From NCBI GenBank assembly GCA_026984035.1, contig JALSSW010000028.1, forward strand, positions 5,745 through 69,744: 64,000 bases of DNA, read 5' to 3'. The DNA is from Planctomycetota bacterium. Its GTDB lineage: Bacteria; Planctomycetota; UBA1135; GCA-002748355. Positions within the stretch are counted from its first letter, which is position 1. The number at the start of each line of letters is the position of its first letter. The notes beneath the pieces were generated by a model that was not told the DNA's origin, did not search any database, and saw only the letters and a program-made list of their open reading frames with translations. The translations under genes and the position numbers were made by a program. Of this stretch, positions 27,257 through 36,777 are shown one piece after another.

Positions 27257-28815
27257 TTGGTTTTCCCTTGAGTCGAGAGATAAAAAATCTCCTTTTGGAT
27301 GCGTTCCCTGGCTTTCCCATGAGGGCCGTGACGAGGCATTCTTTTTTTTGCTTCTTCAAGTGCTTGGATTGCAGAAGAACTATCCCCCTTGCTCAGGTGG
27401 ATCAAAGCCAAGTCCAAGTGAGGGCGGGGACCGGGCAATCCGAGCTCCAAGGCTTTGTTGTAGGACTCGATTGCTTGATCCGAGAGACCGAGCTGGCATT
27501 GACAGAAGGCGAGGGCGCCTAGGGTGGCGGGAGAATTGGGAACCAGGCTGGATGCACATTGGAGTGCCTCCAAAGCCTCTTCAAACCGGTTGGCCCGTCC
27601 CAGAATGCGGCCAAGAGACTCCCAGAGGGGAAAGGAAGAAGGGTGTCCCTTTAAGGCATTTTTGGCGAAGTCGATGGCGCGGGTAATTTCTCCCTGCTGC
27701 TCCAATACAAGGCTCTGCCTGCTTGCCTCCCAGCCCTCATAGATTAGATCTTCAATTTTAAGAGGTTTGCTCAAAACCTTTTGCAACCTTTGTTCAAGTG
27801 CCGCCATATGGGAATCGAAGGAATATTTTTTGGCTGTCGCAAGCCCTTTTGTTCTTAGCCTCTGGCGAAGCTCGGGATGATTCCCCAGGGAGATGATCCC
27901 TTTTGCGAGGGCTTCGGAGGAACCTGCCGGGAAAAAACACGCATAGTCAGAAGGCTTATTGTAGCTATGAAAACAAGGGATGTCCGAAAGAAGGCAAGGA
28001 ACTCCCGAGGCCATAGCTTCTAAGGCGGGGAGAAAAAAACCCTCACCCCCTCCCCGACTCGATCCCACGAACATGTCCATAGAGCGATAGAGGACACCCA
28101 TTTCTTGTGGGGTAAGCCTTTCATAGGCCTCAACTTTGAGGTTTCCCCAGGCCTTTTGCTCATCTTCTGGGATGGGGACAGGGCTTAACCTAACAAGGGT
28201 TATGTCCAGGCCTTGAGCGCTGGCTTGTTGTACCCCTCTAAGGCCGGTTGGGAGATCCTTCCATTCGATTTCCCAAGGGCCGACTAAGCCGATTCTGAAC
28301 TGGGAAGAGTTCGTTTGTGGACCTGGGCCTTGGTGGAATTCAGGTCCAATTCCATAGGGGATGACTGGTGCCCGCCAACCGAAAAGAGTTTCGCAGCGCT
28401 TGGAGAGGAAGTTGTTGATGGTGATGTGTTGAATCCCTGGGATTCGGTAGTTGTTCTCAATCCAGGAAAGGTAATCAAAAAGATCTGCTGAATCACCTTC
28501 ATATCCCTGGCAATAGTGAACGGCTCTACCCTTACCCAGGCGCGCCGCTTCCCAGGCTGTTGGGATGGTCGAAAAATAAGTGGCAATGATGATATCGGCA
28601 TGAGGGAGGTTTTTGGCCTCCAGGGAATCCACTTGTGTATAGGAAACCGTGAACTCTTTGTAGCACTCCCCTAGCTCAGTGGGGCAAATGATCCGACAAT
28701 TATGCCCCAGCCTTTGGAAAGCTTGGGCCTCTCGAAAGATATTCATCACCCCTCCCCAAAGTAGGTGGGCTTCTTGGAGCAAGTAGATGATGTCGAGTTG
28801 GGGGGAATTGGACAT
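27244..28815 (-). CDS. GT-B glycosyltransferase (GT4/GT1 type) fused to C-terminal TPR repeats
   Basis: GEGFFLPALEAMASGVPCLLSDIPCFHSY GT motif. C-terminal TPR units are present (AIDFAKNALKGHPSSFPLWESLGRILGRANRFEEALEAL...). Its stop overlaps the downstream gene start by 13 nt. Confidence 0.8.
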   Translation of the reverse strand: MSNSPQLDIIYLLQEAHLLWGGVMNIFREAQAFQRLGHNCRIICPTELGECYKEFTVSYTQVDSLEAKNLPHADIIIATYFSTIPTAWEAARLGKGRAVHYCQGYEGDSADLFDYLSWIENNYRIPGIQHITINNFLSKRCETLFGWRAPVIPYGIGPEFHQGPGPQTNSSQFRIGLVGPWEIEWKDLPTGLRGVQQASAQGLDITLVRLSPVPIPEDEQKAWGNLKVEAYERLTPQEMGVLYRSMDMFVGSSRGGGEGFFLPALEAMASGVPCLLSDIPCFHSYNKPSDYACFFPAGSSEALAKGIISLGNHPELRQRLRTKGLATAKKYSFDSHMAALEQRLQKVLSKPLKIEDLIYEGWEASRQSLVLEQQGEITRAIDFAKNALKGHPSSFPLWESLGRILGRANRFEEALEALQCASSLVPNSPATLGALAFCQCQLGLSDQAIESYNKALELGLPGPRPHLDLALIHLSKGDSSSAIQALEEAKKRMPRHGPHGKARERIQKEIFYLSTQGKTKCAS

Positions 28816-28957
28816 GAGAGCGCTCTTCCCTTGTTATCGGATTTTTCCCCTATCGACTAAATCTACTTTTTTTGGTGATTCGACGGAAAGAAAGAAGAGG
28901 AGTAAAGCCTCAGAAAACGTCTTTCCGATTCCCGCAGATCGTGAATAATCCTCAGAG

Positions 28958-29617
28958 ATGGAGAGGATTCCAGAAGTCGAGTGTATGGATGATCCTGAGG
29001 AAGCTCGGGAATATGCCGCCATGGATCATAGTGAGGTGAACGCATCCTTTGTTGATGCATTGATCGCCTTTCAGATGGTGGAAGGGGACCTTCTTGATTT
29101 GGGGACGGGGCCTGGGGATATCCCGATCCGGCTTGCGGAGCTTTGTCCGAAGGTCCAAATACGGGCAATTGATCTTTCGGAGGAAATGCTCAAGATCGCT
29201 CGCCTCAAAGCAGCCAAGGCCCGTTTTTCGAGAAGAATCGATTTTCAGCTGGTCGATGCAAAAGATCTTCCTTTTGGGGCAGCTTTTTTTGATGGGGTTT
29301 TCAGCAATACCATTTTCCATCATGTATCCGACCCCGTAACTTTTTTGAGAGAAGCCTTCCGAGTGCTCAAACCTGGAGGGCGCTTGTTGATCCGGGATCT
29401 TTTTCGCCCCAAAGATCGGGCGACCTTGGACCAGTTAGTTTCTCTTTATGCTAAAGGTGGGAGTAAGAGACATCAGCAGTTGTTTCGGGATTCGCTGGCA
29501 GCTGCCTATACCCCAAAAGAATTGTCTGCGATCTGTAAGGATGCGGACCTTCCATGTGCGGATATCCGATTGGATTCGGATCGTCATATGACTCTCAGGT
29601 TGGTTCGGCCATGCTGA
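28958..29617 (+). CDS. Class I SAM-dependent methyltransferase
   Basis: Motif I LLDLGTGPGDIPIRLA, acidic loop IRAIDLSEEM, and motif II/III FDGVFSNTIFHHV...LKPGGRLLI. Confidence 0.85.
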   Translation: MERIPEVECMDDPEEAREYAAMDHSEVNASFVDALIAFQMVEGDLLDLGTGPGDIPIRLAELCPKVQIRAIDLSEEMLKIARLKAAKARFSRRIDFQLVDAKDLPFGAAFFDGVFSNTIFHHVSDPVTFLREAFRVLKPGGRLLIRDLFRPKDRATLDQLVSLYAKGGSKRHQQLFRDSLAAAYTPKELSAICKDADLPCADIRLDSDRHMTLRLVRPC

Positions 29618-30690
29618 CATCTTTCCGGGATGAGGATCCTTCAAGACTTTTTTCAATCTATGAGGGTGACAGAGTGGATGCTTGGGCGCCACAAACTCTC
29701 CAGGACTTTGCTCTGGAAATGGGTTTTGCATTGCCTGAAAACTGTGGCGATCCTGCGCTGCTTGGAGAGGCTAAGGACCTGGCCGATCGGATTGCCTTAA
29801 TTTGGGATGCGAAGTCAGCCAGCCCAGAAATGAAAACAGCATTGTTAGGATCTCTGCGATCAGAAACCTTTGGCTGCGCTCAGGGAGAAGAAGGGGGCTT
29901 ATTTTCTTTGGCTCTTCTTCGTCAGATGGCAAAGTTTTTGGAGATTCCACGTTTTCCCCAATTTGAACTCCTTTCAACTGAAAAAATCCCGAAAAGGGTT
30001 CCCCGTTATGAGTTTAAGGGCAAGGGGATGGATCTCTCTTGGAGTCGTGGCAAAGGTTTGTCTTGGGCTGTTCATGGGTGTAGGCCCAGCCTGGGGTTGT
30101 TTTCTCTCGAAGTTCAGGGAGACAGGGGGGGGCTTGAAAGTTTTATACCAGGTCTTCCTGAGAGGCCTCGACGGTTCTTGGTCGCTCATATGCGGCCTTA
30201 CTCCGTTGCCCGCAAGCAGGGGGCTTTTTCTTTGGGTTTAAGGCGGGAATTGCGCCTACCTCAGGATTCCGAAAACCCTAAAGGGAGGATCCAAAAGGTA
30301 GATTGGGAGCTTCTTCTTAGAGGGGATCTTGCCCATGGATCTCTTGATGCTCTGGTTTCCCTTCGATGTTTGCCTCCAGGTCAGCGGGTGCGCCTTCTGA
30401 TTCCCTTCGCCTTTTTTCCAAGATCACTTCGTTGGGAGTCCTTGGATGGAGAGAGGAAGCAAGAGGGTCCCTTGCCTCGAAGCGGTTTCCGGGGATCTCT
30501 ACTTATGCAAACAAAAGACATCAATCTTGAGATTAGTGGGCCAGGTTGGAGGGAAATGGAGGTCTATCCCTATAAAAATGATCACATTCTTGCCTTGACT
30601 CTATACAGAGCTCCCCGCGAATGGCAGGCACCTGAAAGGATTGTTCGGCGTCTTACTCTTCGGTTTCTGGATTCTTCTCAAAGATCTTGA
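29611..30690 (+). CDS. Hypothetical protein (359 aa)
   Basis: ATG 29611 overlaps the methyltransferase stop (ATGCTGA). No recognisable motif. The 3' end overlaps the convergent TPR gene by 38 nt. Confidence 0.5.
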   Translation: MLTSFRDEDPSRLFSIYEGDRVDAWAPQTLQDFALEMGFALPENCGDPALLGEAKDLADRIALIWDAKSASPEMKTALLGSLRSETFGCAQGEEGGLFSLALLRQMAKFLEIPRFPQFELLSTEKIPKRVPRYEFKGKGMDLSWSRGKGLSWAVHGCRPSLGLFSLEVQGDRGGLESFIPGLPERPRRFLVAHMRPYSVARKQGAFSLGLRRELRLPQDSENPKGRIQKVDWELLLRGDLAHGSLDALVSLRCLPPGQRVRLLIPFAFFPRSLRWESLDGERKQEGPLPRSGFRGSLLMQTKDINLEISGPGWREMEVYPYKNDHILALTLYRAPREWQAPERIVRRLTLRFLDSSQRS

Positions 30691-32479
30691 GAACTCGCTT
30701 CACACTAGGATGTTCTGGATCAAGGAGTTCAGCGATTTCGATGGCATCGTTGGCCTCCTCTTTAAAACCCATTCGATGAAGTAGAAGAGCGTAGTCAGCT
30801 TGGATTCCTGCATCTTCGGGCTCGAGATCCAGAGCCTCTCGGATTGCTCTGAGAGCTTCCTCCATTTCGCCACAGCGGAAATGACAAAGTGAGAGTTGTG
30901 CATAGAGTTCTTTTCGGTCACGCCGAAGGAAGGTTGCACGTTGGAAATATGAAAGCGCCGTTTCCCAATCCTGGCGAAGGGCAGCCAGTTTTCCGAGCTG
31001 AGATATGGCTGGCCAAAGCTGAGGGATTTCCTTGGTCGCTGTTTGCAAAAAGTTTTGGGCTGCTTGGGCCTCTTCACCCAGCTCCCGTACTTCTAAAGTC
31101 TTCTTAAGTTCTTCTAAAAAATTAGGAAAGAGGAGTTGGCCTAAAAATTGACAGCCAAGATCTCGCCGGTCGGGATCTTCCACGTGCGGGATGCTTGCTT
31201 GGAGGGCCCGCTTGGCTTCTTCTTCCTCTCCCAAAAGGCTCAGGCAAATCCCGAGATCCAAACGATCTTCCGGTTCGTGGATCTGCTTCGTTAGGTCTAG
31301 GAGGATTTCTTTGACATCTTCGGGAGGAAGATGTTTTGGATCCTTTCGGCCAAGGATCTCCTCAAGATGTTCCCCGAGGTACCGCAACAATACACCACCC
31401 CGGTGTGCATCTTGGCCCCATTCGCTGGAATGGAGACTCCGCTCATAGATTCTGCGAAGACCTCTAAGAACCTTGTCCCAAGCTTCGTCATAGTTTTTTT
31501 CAAGGAAGGCTAAGCGAGCAAGGTGGGCGAAGAAATCCGGGTTCCCATCAAGATGTGCCGCCGAACGCCAAAGATTCCGCGCTCGAATGGTTTCACCTCG
31601 GTTGGCAAGCAGGATTCCTAGACTCTCCAGGGAGGCTGCAGGAGGTGGATCTCCTACCTCTACGGCTGCCTGTAACCAAGCTTCGGCTCTTTTGTTTTCA
31701 TTTTGTGACGCAAGGAACTCTCCAATTCCTGTGATTGATTCGCTGTCCTCCGGGTGAGCTTCAAGGGCTTGATCGAATAGCTCGAGAGCTTCCTTGTCGT
31801 GAAGGATGTGAGAATCCCAAGCTTCGTGAATCGCCCCAAAAAGTCGATTCAATGAAAGCCCAAAGCTGGGGTCGATTTTGAGGGCTTGAATAAATGGCCG
31901 AAGGCTCTCAACGGCGTCCACCGGCGCAAGGAAGTTGGGATCAAGGCTTGCAGCCCCATCGAGACCTCGAAGAAAATGCCAGAATGCTTCAGGGTCACTT
32001 GTTCGCTGGGACTCCTCAAGGCGATTGGGAACTTTGATTCCCAAAATTTTCCCCAACTTCTGAGCGAGCGCCAGGAAGGAGGAACTTGGATCTCCCAAGT
32101 CCACTTTCCAGGGGACCTCCACAGACTTTCCAGGGTGGGTTCCAAAATGAACAGACAAGGAAAGTGAAAGAGTTTCTGAAGAAAGTCCACGAATCGCCCC
32201 AGAAATTGCGATGGAGTGTTCCGGGTCCGGTAAAAGGTAGAGCGCTTCTTCCCATGAAGGTTCTTCGCGAAAGCGCGCCCAGTCTCCCGTGGGCTCACCC
32301 TTCTCGTTGGCAGCTCGAATCTCCAACATCCCCACCCGGTCCTCTTCTCCACTGTTGAGACAAATACAGAGAAAGTCTGGGATCCGGCGGGCGAGAATCG
32401 AGGAGGCTGTATCCCCAAGGGTCATTTCCTTGGGTTCAGCGAATGGAAAAAAGAAGATGTTTGTGTTTTCCATTTCCAT
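30653..32479 (-). CDS. TPR-repeat protein (cytoplasmic, 608 aa)
   Basis: Multiple 34-aa helical repeats, e.g. AWDKVLRGLRRIYE and YAQLSLCHFRCGEMEEALRAIREALDLEPEDAGIQADYALLLHRMGFKEEA. No signal peptide. Confidence 0.7.
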   Translation of the reverse strand: MEMENTNIFFFPFAEPKEMTLGDTASSILARRIPDFLCICLNSGEEDRVGMLEIRAANEKGEPTGDWARFREEPSWEEALYLLPDPEHSIAISGAIRGLSSETLSLSLSVHFGTHPGKSVEVPWKVDLGDPSSSFLALAQKLGKILGIKVPNRLEESQRTSDPEAFWHFLRGLDGAASLDPNFLAPVDAVESLRPFIQALKIDPSFGLSLNRLFGAIHEAWDSHILHDKEALELFDQALEAHPEDSESITGIGEFLASQNENKRAEAWLQAAVEVGDPPPAASLESLGILLANRGETIRARNLWRSAAHLDGNPDFFAHLARLAFLEKNYDEAWDKVLRGLRRIYERSLHSSEWGQDAHRGGVLLRYLGEHLEEILGRKDPKHLPPEDVKEILLDLTKQIHEPEDRLDLGICLSLLGEEEEAKRALQASIPHVEDPDRRDLGCQFLGQLLFPNFLEELKKTLEVRELGEEAQAAQNFLQTATKEIPQLWPAISQLGKLAALRQDWETALSYFQRATFLRRDRKELYAQLSLCHFRCGEMEEALRAIREALDLEPEDAGIQADYALLLHRMGFKEEANDAIEIAELLDPEHPSVKRVLKIFEKNPETEE

Positions 32480-32743
32480 AGGGCTTAGGCCTTTTTCACT
32501 GCGGAGGCTCTGGTCTTAGATAGCCTTGCAAGCCTCCAATGTATCCAAGCCATTTTGATTCTTCTTCCTCCTTATCGTCATTGACGATGTTCAACTCCAG
32601 CTGTTCTCATGAACTCGCCTTGGGATTGGGAAAAAGCCGGAAAAAAGTTTCCTATACCAATCTTTATTTTCTCATGAATCACTCTGGGTCAAAGGACCTT
32701 GCAAAGTTCTCCTGCCAGGTGACCCGGGAGTTAAACCACGTTG

Positions 32744-34183
32744 CTAAAGCTGGACCCAAATACTTTTCGTCTCTAAATAGGACTCAAGTGCTTCCAACCC
32801 AAGCTCTCTTCCGAAACCACTCTGCTTGAATCCGCCAAAAGGAAGCCCTGGGTCATAAAGATTATAGGCATTCACCCAGACGGTTCCCGCTGAAATTGCC
32901 TTAACCGTTCGGAGGGCTCTTGAAATATCCTGAGTCCAAATCCCTGCCGCGAGGCCGTAGGGTGTTGCGTTTGCGATATTCCATGCCTCTGTTTCATCTT
33001 CGAAGGGAATGACCGAAAGGACTGGACCAAAGATTTCTTCTTTTGCGATTCGCATCTCGTTGGAGACATCTGCAAAAACAGTGGGCTCCAGATAGAAGCC
33101 CTTGTCAAACTCTGTGAGCCGTTTTCCACCGGCGACCAGGCGTGCCCCCTCATCTTTGGCTGATTGAATAAAGGACAGCGCATTGTTTAGTTGGGAATCA
33201 CTGATCACCGGACCCATTCTGGTTCCTTCTTCCATGGGACCCCCGACCTTGAGTTTTCTTGCCTTTTCCCCGAGTTGTTCAACAAAGTTGTCGTAGATGG
33301 AGCGCTGAACTAAAACTCGGCTCCCCGCTGCGCAGACTTCTCCTTTGTTGTAAAAGATCCCCGTGAGGGCCCCTCGAAGAGCTGCTTTAATATCGGCATC
33401 CTCAAAAATGATGTTAGGAGATTTGCCACCAAGCTCCAATGTAATACGTTTGCAGGTTTTTGCCGCTTCAGCTTGCACGATTTGACCAACCTCTGTTGAT
33501 CCTGTGAAGGCAATTTTGTCGACACCTGGATGTTGCACAAGCCCCATTCCAACGGTGGAGCCTGAACCCGTTAGAATATTGAAGACTCCAGGAGGGACTC
33601 CGGCCTCTTTACAGAGTTTCGCAAAATGAAGAATGGAGAGGGGTGTGAGGCTTGCAGGTTTGATGATCATTGTGCAGCCTGCGGCGAGGGCGGGGGCGAT
33701 TTTCCAAGCACTCAAAAGGAAGGGAAAGTTCCAGGGAACAATGGCAGCCATGACGCCAATCGGTTGCTTGATAGTCATCAAGAAGGCATCTTCTCGGGAG
33801 GGAAGGGTCCGGCCTCCGATTTTGTCAGACAGCCCGGCATAATAGGAAAAAACCTGTCCTGCAAAGGGGATTTCGATCTTTCTTGAGTCAAACCAAGTTT
33901 TCCCCGTGCATAGTGTTTCCAACCTTGCAAGCTCGTCTGCGTCTCTTTGGATGAGAGAAGCGAGCTTATTCAAAATTCTTCCTCTTTTGGCTGCTTGCAT
34001 CTTCGGCCAGGGGCCTTCATCGAAGGCCTTCCTCGCAGCTGATACCGCAGCGTCAACATCTGCCGTTGATGCAGAAGCACAGGTGGCAACTTGACTTTCA
34101 TCAGCCGGGTTGATGCAGAAAAAAGATTCTCCGTTTTTGGCCTCAGTCCAGGACCCGTTGATGAAAAGTTTTGCTTCGATCAT
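32744..34183 (-). CDS. NAD(P)-dependent aldehyde dehydrogenase (betaine/aminobutyraldehyde dehydrogenase-like)
   Basis: Catalytic Glu block ITLELGGKSP and Cys block FYNKGEVCAAGSR, plus the EEIFGPV motif. The start is taken at ATG 34183, preceded by AGAGGAAAT; the track ORF starts at 34246. Confidence 0.9.
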   Translation of the reverse strand: MIEAKLFINGSWTEAKNGESFFCINPADESQVATCASASTADVDAAVSAARKAFDEGPWPKMQAAKRGRILNKLASLIQRDADELARLETLCTGKTWFDSRKIEIPFAGQVFSYYAGLSDKIGGRTLPSREDAFLMTIKQPIGVMAAIVPWNFPFLLSAWKIAPALAAGCTMIIKPASLTPLSILHFAKLCKEAGVPPGVFNILTGSGSTVGMGLVQHPGVDKIAFTGSTEVGQIVQAEAAKTCKRITLELGGKSPNIIFEDADIKAALRGALTGIFYNKGEVCAAGSRVLVQRSIYDNFVEQLGEKARKLKVGGPMEEGTRMGPVISDSQLNNALSFIQSAKDEGARLVAGGKRLTEFDKGFYLEPTVFADVSNEMRIAKEEIFGPVLSVIPFEDETEAWNIANATPYGLAAGIWTQDISRALRTVKAISAGTVWVNAYNLYDPGLPFGGFKQSGFGRELGLEALESYLETKSIWVQL

Positions 34184-34430
34184 ATTTCCTCTGCACTTTG
34201 ATTTGTTTTCGATGAAAATGCCTTCCAAGCTCTCATGATGAGCCAAGAAAGGTGAATAAGATAGGATAAGGGAAGCATGGAAGAAACCCAGCTGCGCTTC
34301 ACTTTCTCTTGTCTAAGATCTCATTGTCCCTGGTTTCTTTGGGGAAAAACCTAGGGGATCGAAAGATCTGATACCCAGGGCAGTGACGATGATCTTGAAC
34401 AGAGCCTGAAAAAATCTGAGGGATTCCGGC

Positions 34431-35429
34431 TTAGCCAAGGTCGGACATAAACTTTTTTCGAGCGGAGAAGCGAATCCTCCTATTGATCTCATCGGCTGCA
34501 TCGACAGCCTCATCCCAGGCGGTATAGATCTGCATTTTTTTCCCGGAGACAAGGTCACCAACGACAAAAAGGTTGGGTATGTTCGTTTCGTAGTTGGAGT
34601 CGACGATGGCTTTTCCTTGTGCGTCGATCTTCCCGCCTAGAGAAAGAAGAAGTTGGTTTGTGGGAATGATCCCCAGAGAGACAATACAACAGTTGCTTTC
34701 TACTATGGTTCCATCATCCAAGAGAAACCCAGTAAGACCTTCTCCACGAGGATTACCTTCAATCTTGGCAATAGGGGATGTATGAATCAGGCACCCATAG
34801 GCTTTGGCGAGTTCTAAGCTTTGGGAATCAAAACCTGTTTGAAGCCCATTGGTTAGAATGGAGACACCTTCATGACCATAACGTTCGGACATCATTGTGG
34901 CGATGGAAATGGTGGAAGGGGATGAGCCGATGATGCTGAGTTTTTTTCCAAGGGTTCGGTGTCCATCACAACGGACGCAGTAGATAAAGTCACCTCGATT
35001 GGCGAAGGGAAGAACAGCCTTGATAGATCCTTTGATTTCCGGTTGGCGATCCATAATCCCGGTTGCAAGGATGACATGTTGAGCGCGGAGGGTGCAGGCT
35101 TCGCGCTTTTCCTCGAAGTGGAGGATGAAGATACCGGCCTTCCTCTCGATTTTGGTGACAGAAGCCTTAAAGGTTTCTCCGTGATAACCAATTTCTTTGT
35201 GGGCTTTAAGCCATTTAAGGGTCTCCTTGGTGGCGCTCACGATGGGGCGCTGGATACCCTGCCTGCCGGGGATATTGTCGACGTCCTGGACCCAGATTGC
35301 GCGACCTTTCCTCTTTGTGTCTGGGTTCCCTAAAAAGAAAGCACTACGATCTCCGTTGAGGACGGAGCGGAGGTAAGCCATGGTCCCTGCACCCCCTCCT
35401 CCAATGACTGCGATCTGAAATGTTTCCAA
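34431..35429 (-). CDS. Thioredoxin-reductase-like FAD flavoprotein with a CxxC redox motif and no recognisable NADPH-binding motifs
   Basis: FAD motif IAVIGGGGAGTMAY, redox motif YCVRCDGH (compare CATCDG), and C-terminal FVVGDLVSG. GxGxxA is replaced by IIGSSPST, and no HRR motif is present. Confidence 0.75.
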   Translation of the reverse strand: METFQIAVIGGGGAGTMAYLRSVLNGDRSAFFLGNPDTKRKGRAIWVQDVDNIPGRQGIQRPIVSATKETLKWLKAHKEIGYHGETFKASVTKIERKAGIFILHFEEKREACTLRAQHVILATGIMDRQPEIKGSIKAVLPFANRGDFIYCVRCDGHRTLGKKLSIIGSSPSTISIATMMSERYGHEGVSILTNGLQTGFDSQSLELAKAYGCLIHTSPIAKIEGNPRGEGLTGFLLDDGTIVESNCCIVSLGIIPTNQLLLSLGGKIDAQGKAIVDSNYETNIPNLFVVGDLVSGKKMQIYTAWDEAVDAADEINRRIRFSARKKFMSDLG

Positions 35430-35491
35430 TTTGCTCTCCTACTTTTCCGTGATTCCATTCAAATCCTAGACGACAGGTTTAAAATTCTCAC

Positions 35492-36754
35492 ATGGACTCT
35501 TTCCTCCCTCTTTCTCTGGCCCTGGGAATTGGCCTTTTGATGGGAATTGAGCGAGGTTGGCATGAGCGAAAGGTTGCCGAAGGTCGGCGAGTTGCAGGGA
35601 TGCGGACCTTTGCCCTGATTGGGTTATTGGGAGGCGTTCTCGCGTTATTGGATCAAGGCCAAGGTTGGGTCTTGGGTCTTGGCTTTTTAGGTTTCTCAGG
35701 TTTGGTTGTTGTCGGTTATGTCTTAGGTAGAGAGCCTGGGAACTTTGGAGCTACCACCTTAGTTTCGGCCCTTCTTACTTTTGGCTTGGGAGCGCTGGCG
35801 ACGCGAGGACAAACCTTTTTGGCTGTTTCATCAGCGATTGTTGCTGTCAGTCTTTTGAGCTTCAAGCCTGAGCTTCATCGATGGCTTCGTCATCTGGAGC
35901 GCAAAGAACTTCAAGGAACTTGGAAAATGCTCCTCATTTCAGTGGTGCTTCTTCCGGTGCTTCCTGACAAAGGGTTGGGGCCTTATGAATCTCTTAATCC
36001 CCACCAAATCTGGATGATGGTGGTCATCATTGCCGGAGTAACTTTTGTCGGTTATTTTTTGGTTAAGCTTGCCGGCCTCAAGATGGGAACCCTGCTTACC
36101 GCCTTTATCGGGGGGCTTGTTTCCTCGACAGCCGTAACCCTTGATTTTGCCCGCAAAGGAAAAAGACAGGTACAACATCGAAAGCTCTATGCTGCCGGTA
36201 TTTTGATCGCCTGGGGGGTCATGTTTATTCGCCAGGGGGTTTTAGTCTTGGCCATTCATCCCAGTCTTCTCCAGAGGATATGGAAACCGTTTCTGGGAAT
36301 GAGCTTTTTGGATTTTTTTGCTGTTTTGCTTCTCTTGCTCCCCAAGAAAGATGGACATGTAGAAACCGACTCTCATTCCCTTCGGGAGACAGAGGCGGCA
36401 ATCCCAAACCCATTCGAGTTTTTTCCCGCCTTGATTTTTGGGCTTTTCCTTGGGCTTATCCTCCTTTTGGCCGAAGTTCTTCGGCACCGTTTTGGAAACT
36501 CGGGCATTTATTGGCTTGCCGGTTTCTCTGGACTTGCTGATGTGGATGCAATTACTCTTTCCCTTGCTCAGCTGTCTACCAAGGATCTGAGTCCGATCGT
36601 GGCTGTTCAAGGAATTACCATTGCTGCTGCTTCCAATACATTCGTCAAATGCCTTCTTGCTCAGTTTTTTGTCCCGGGGAAGATTGGGCGCTACCTTTGG
36701 CCCGTTACGATTGGAGTGCTTGTTGTAGCGGGAGGATCCTTGATTCTAACCTAA
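35492..36754 (+). CDS. MgtC/SapB-family N-terminal domain + DUF4010-type membrane protein
   Basis: LALGIGLLMGIERGWHERKVAEGRRVAGMRTFALIGLLGG is typical of the MgtC family. The 420-aa polytopic architecture is typical of MgtC+DUF4010 fusions. Confidence 0.8.
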   Translation: MDSFLPLSLALGIGLLMGIERGWHERKVAEGRRVAGMRTFALIGLLGGVLALLDQGQGWVLGLGFLGFSGLVVVGYVLGREPGNFGATTLVSALLTFGLGALATRGQTFLAVSSAIVAVSLLSFKPELHRWLRHLERKELQGTWKMLLISVVLLPVLPDKGLGPYESLNPHQIWMMVVIIAGVTFVGYFLVKLAGLKMGTLLTAFIGGLVSSTAVTLDFARKGKRQVQHRKLYAAGILIAWGVMFIRQGVLVLAIHPSLLQRIWKPFLGMSFLDFFAVLLLLLPKKDGHVETDSHSLRETEAAIPNPFEFFPALIFGLFLGLILLLAEVLRHRFGNSGIYWLAGFSGLADVDAITLSLAQLSTKDLSPIVAVQGITIAAASNTFVKCLLAQFFVPGKIGRYLWPVTIGVLVVAGGSLILT

Positions 36755-36777
36755 CCGGGGATTTCCATGCCGGGGGC

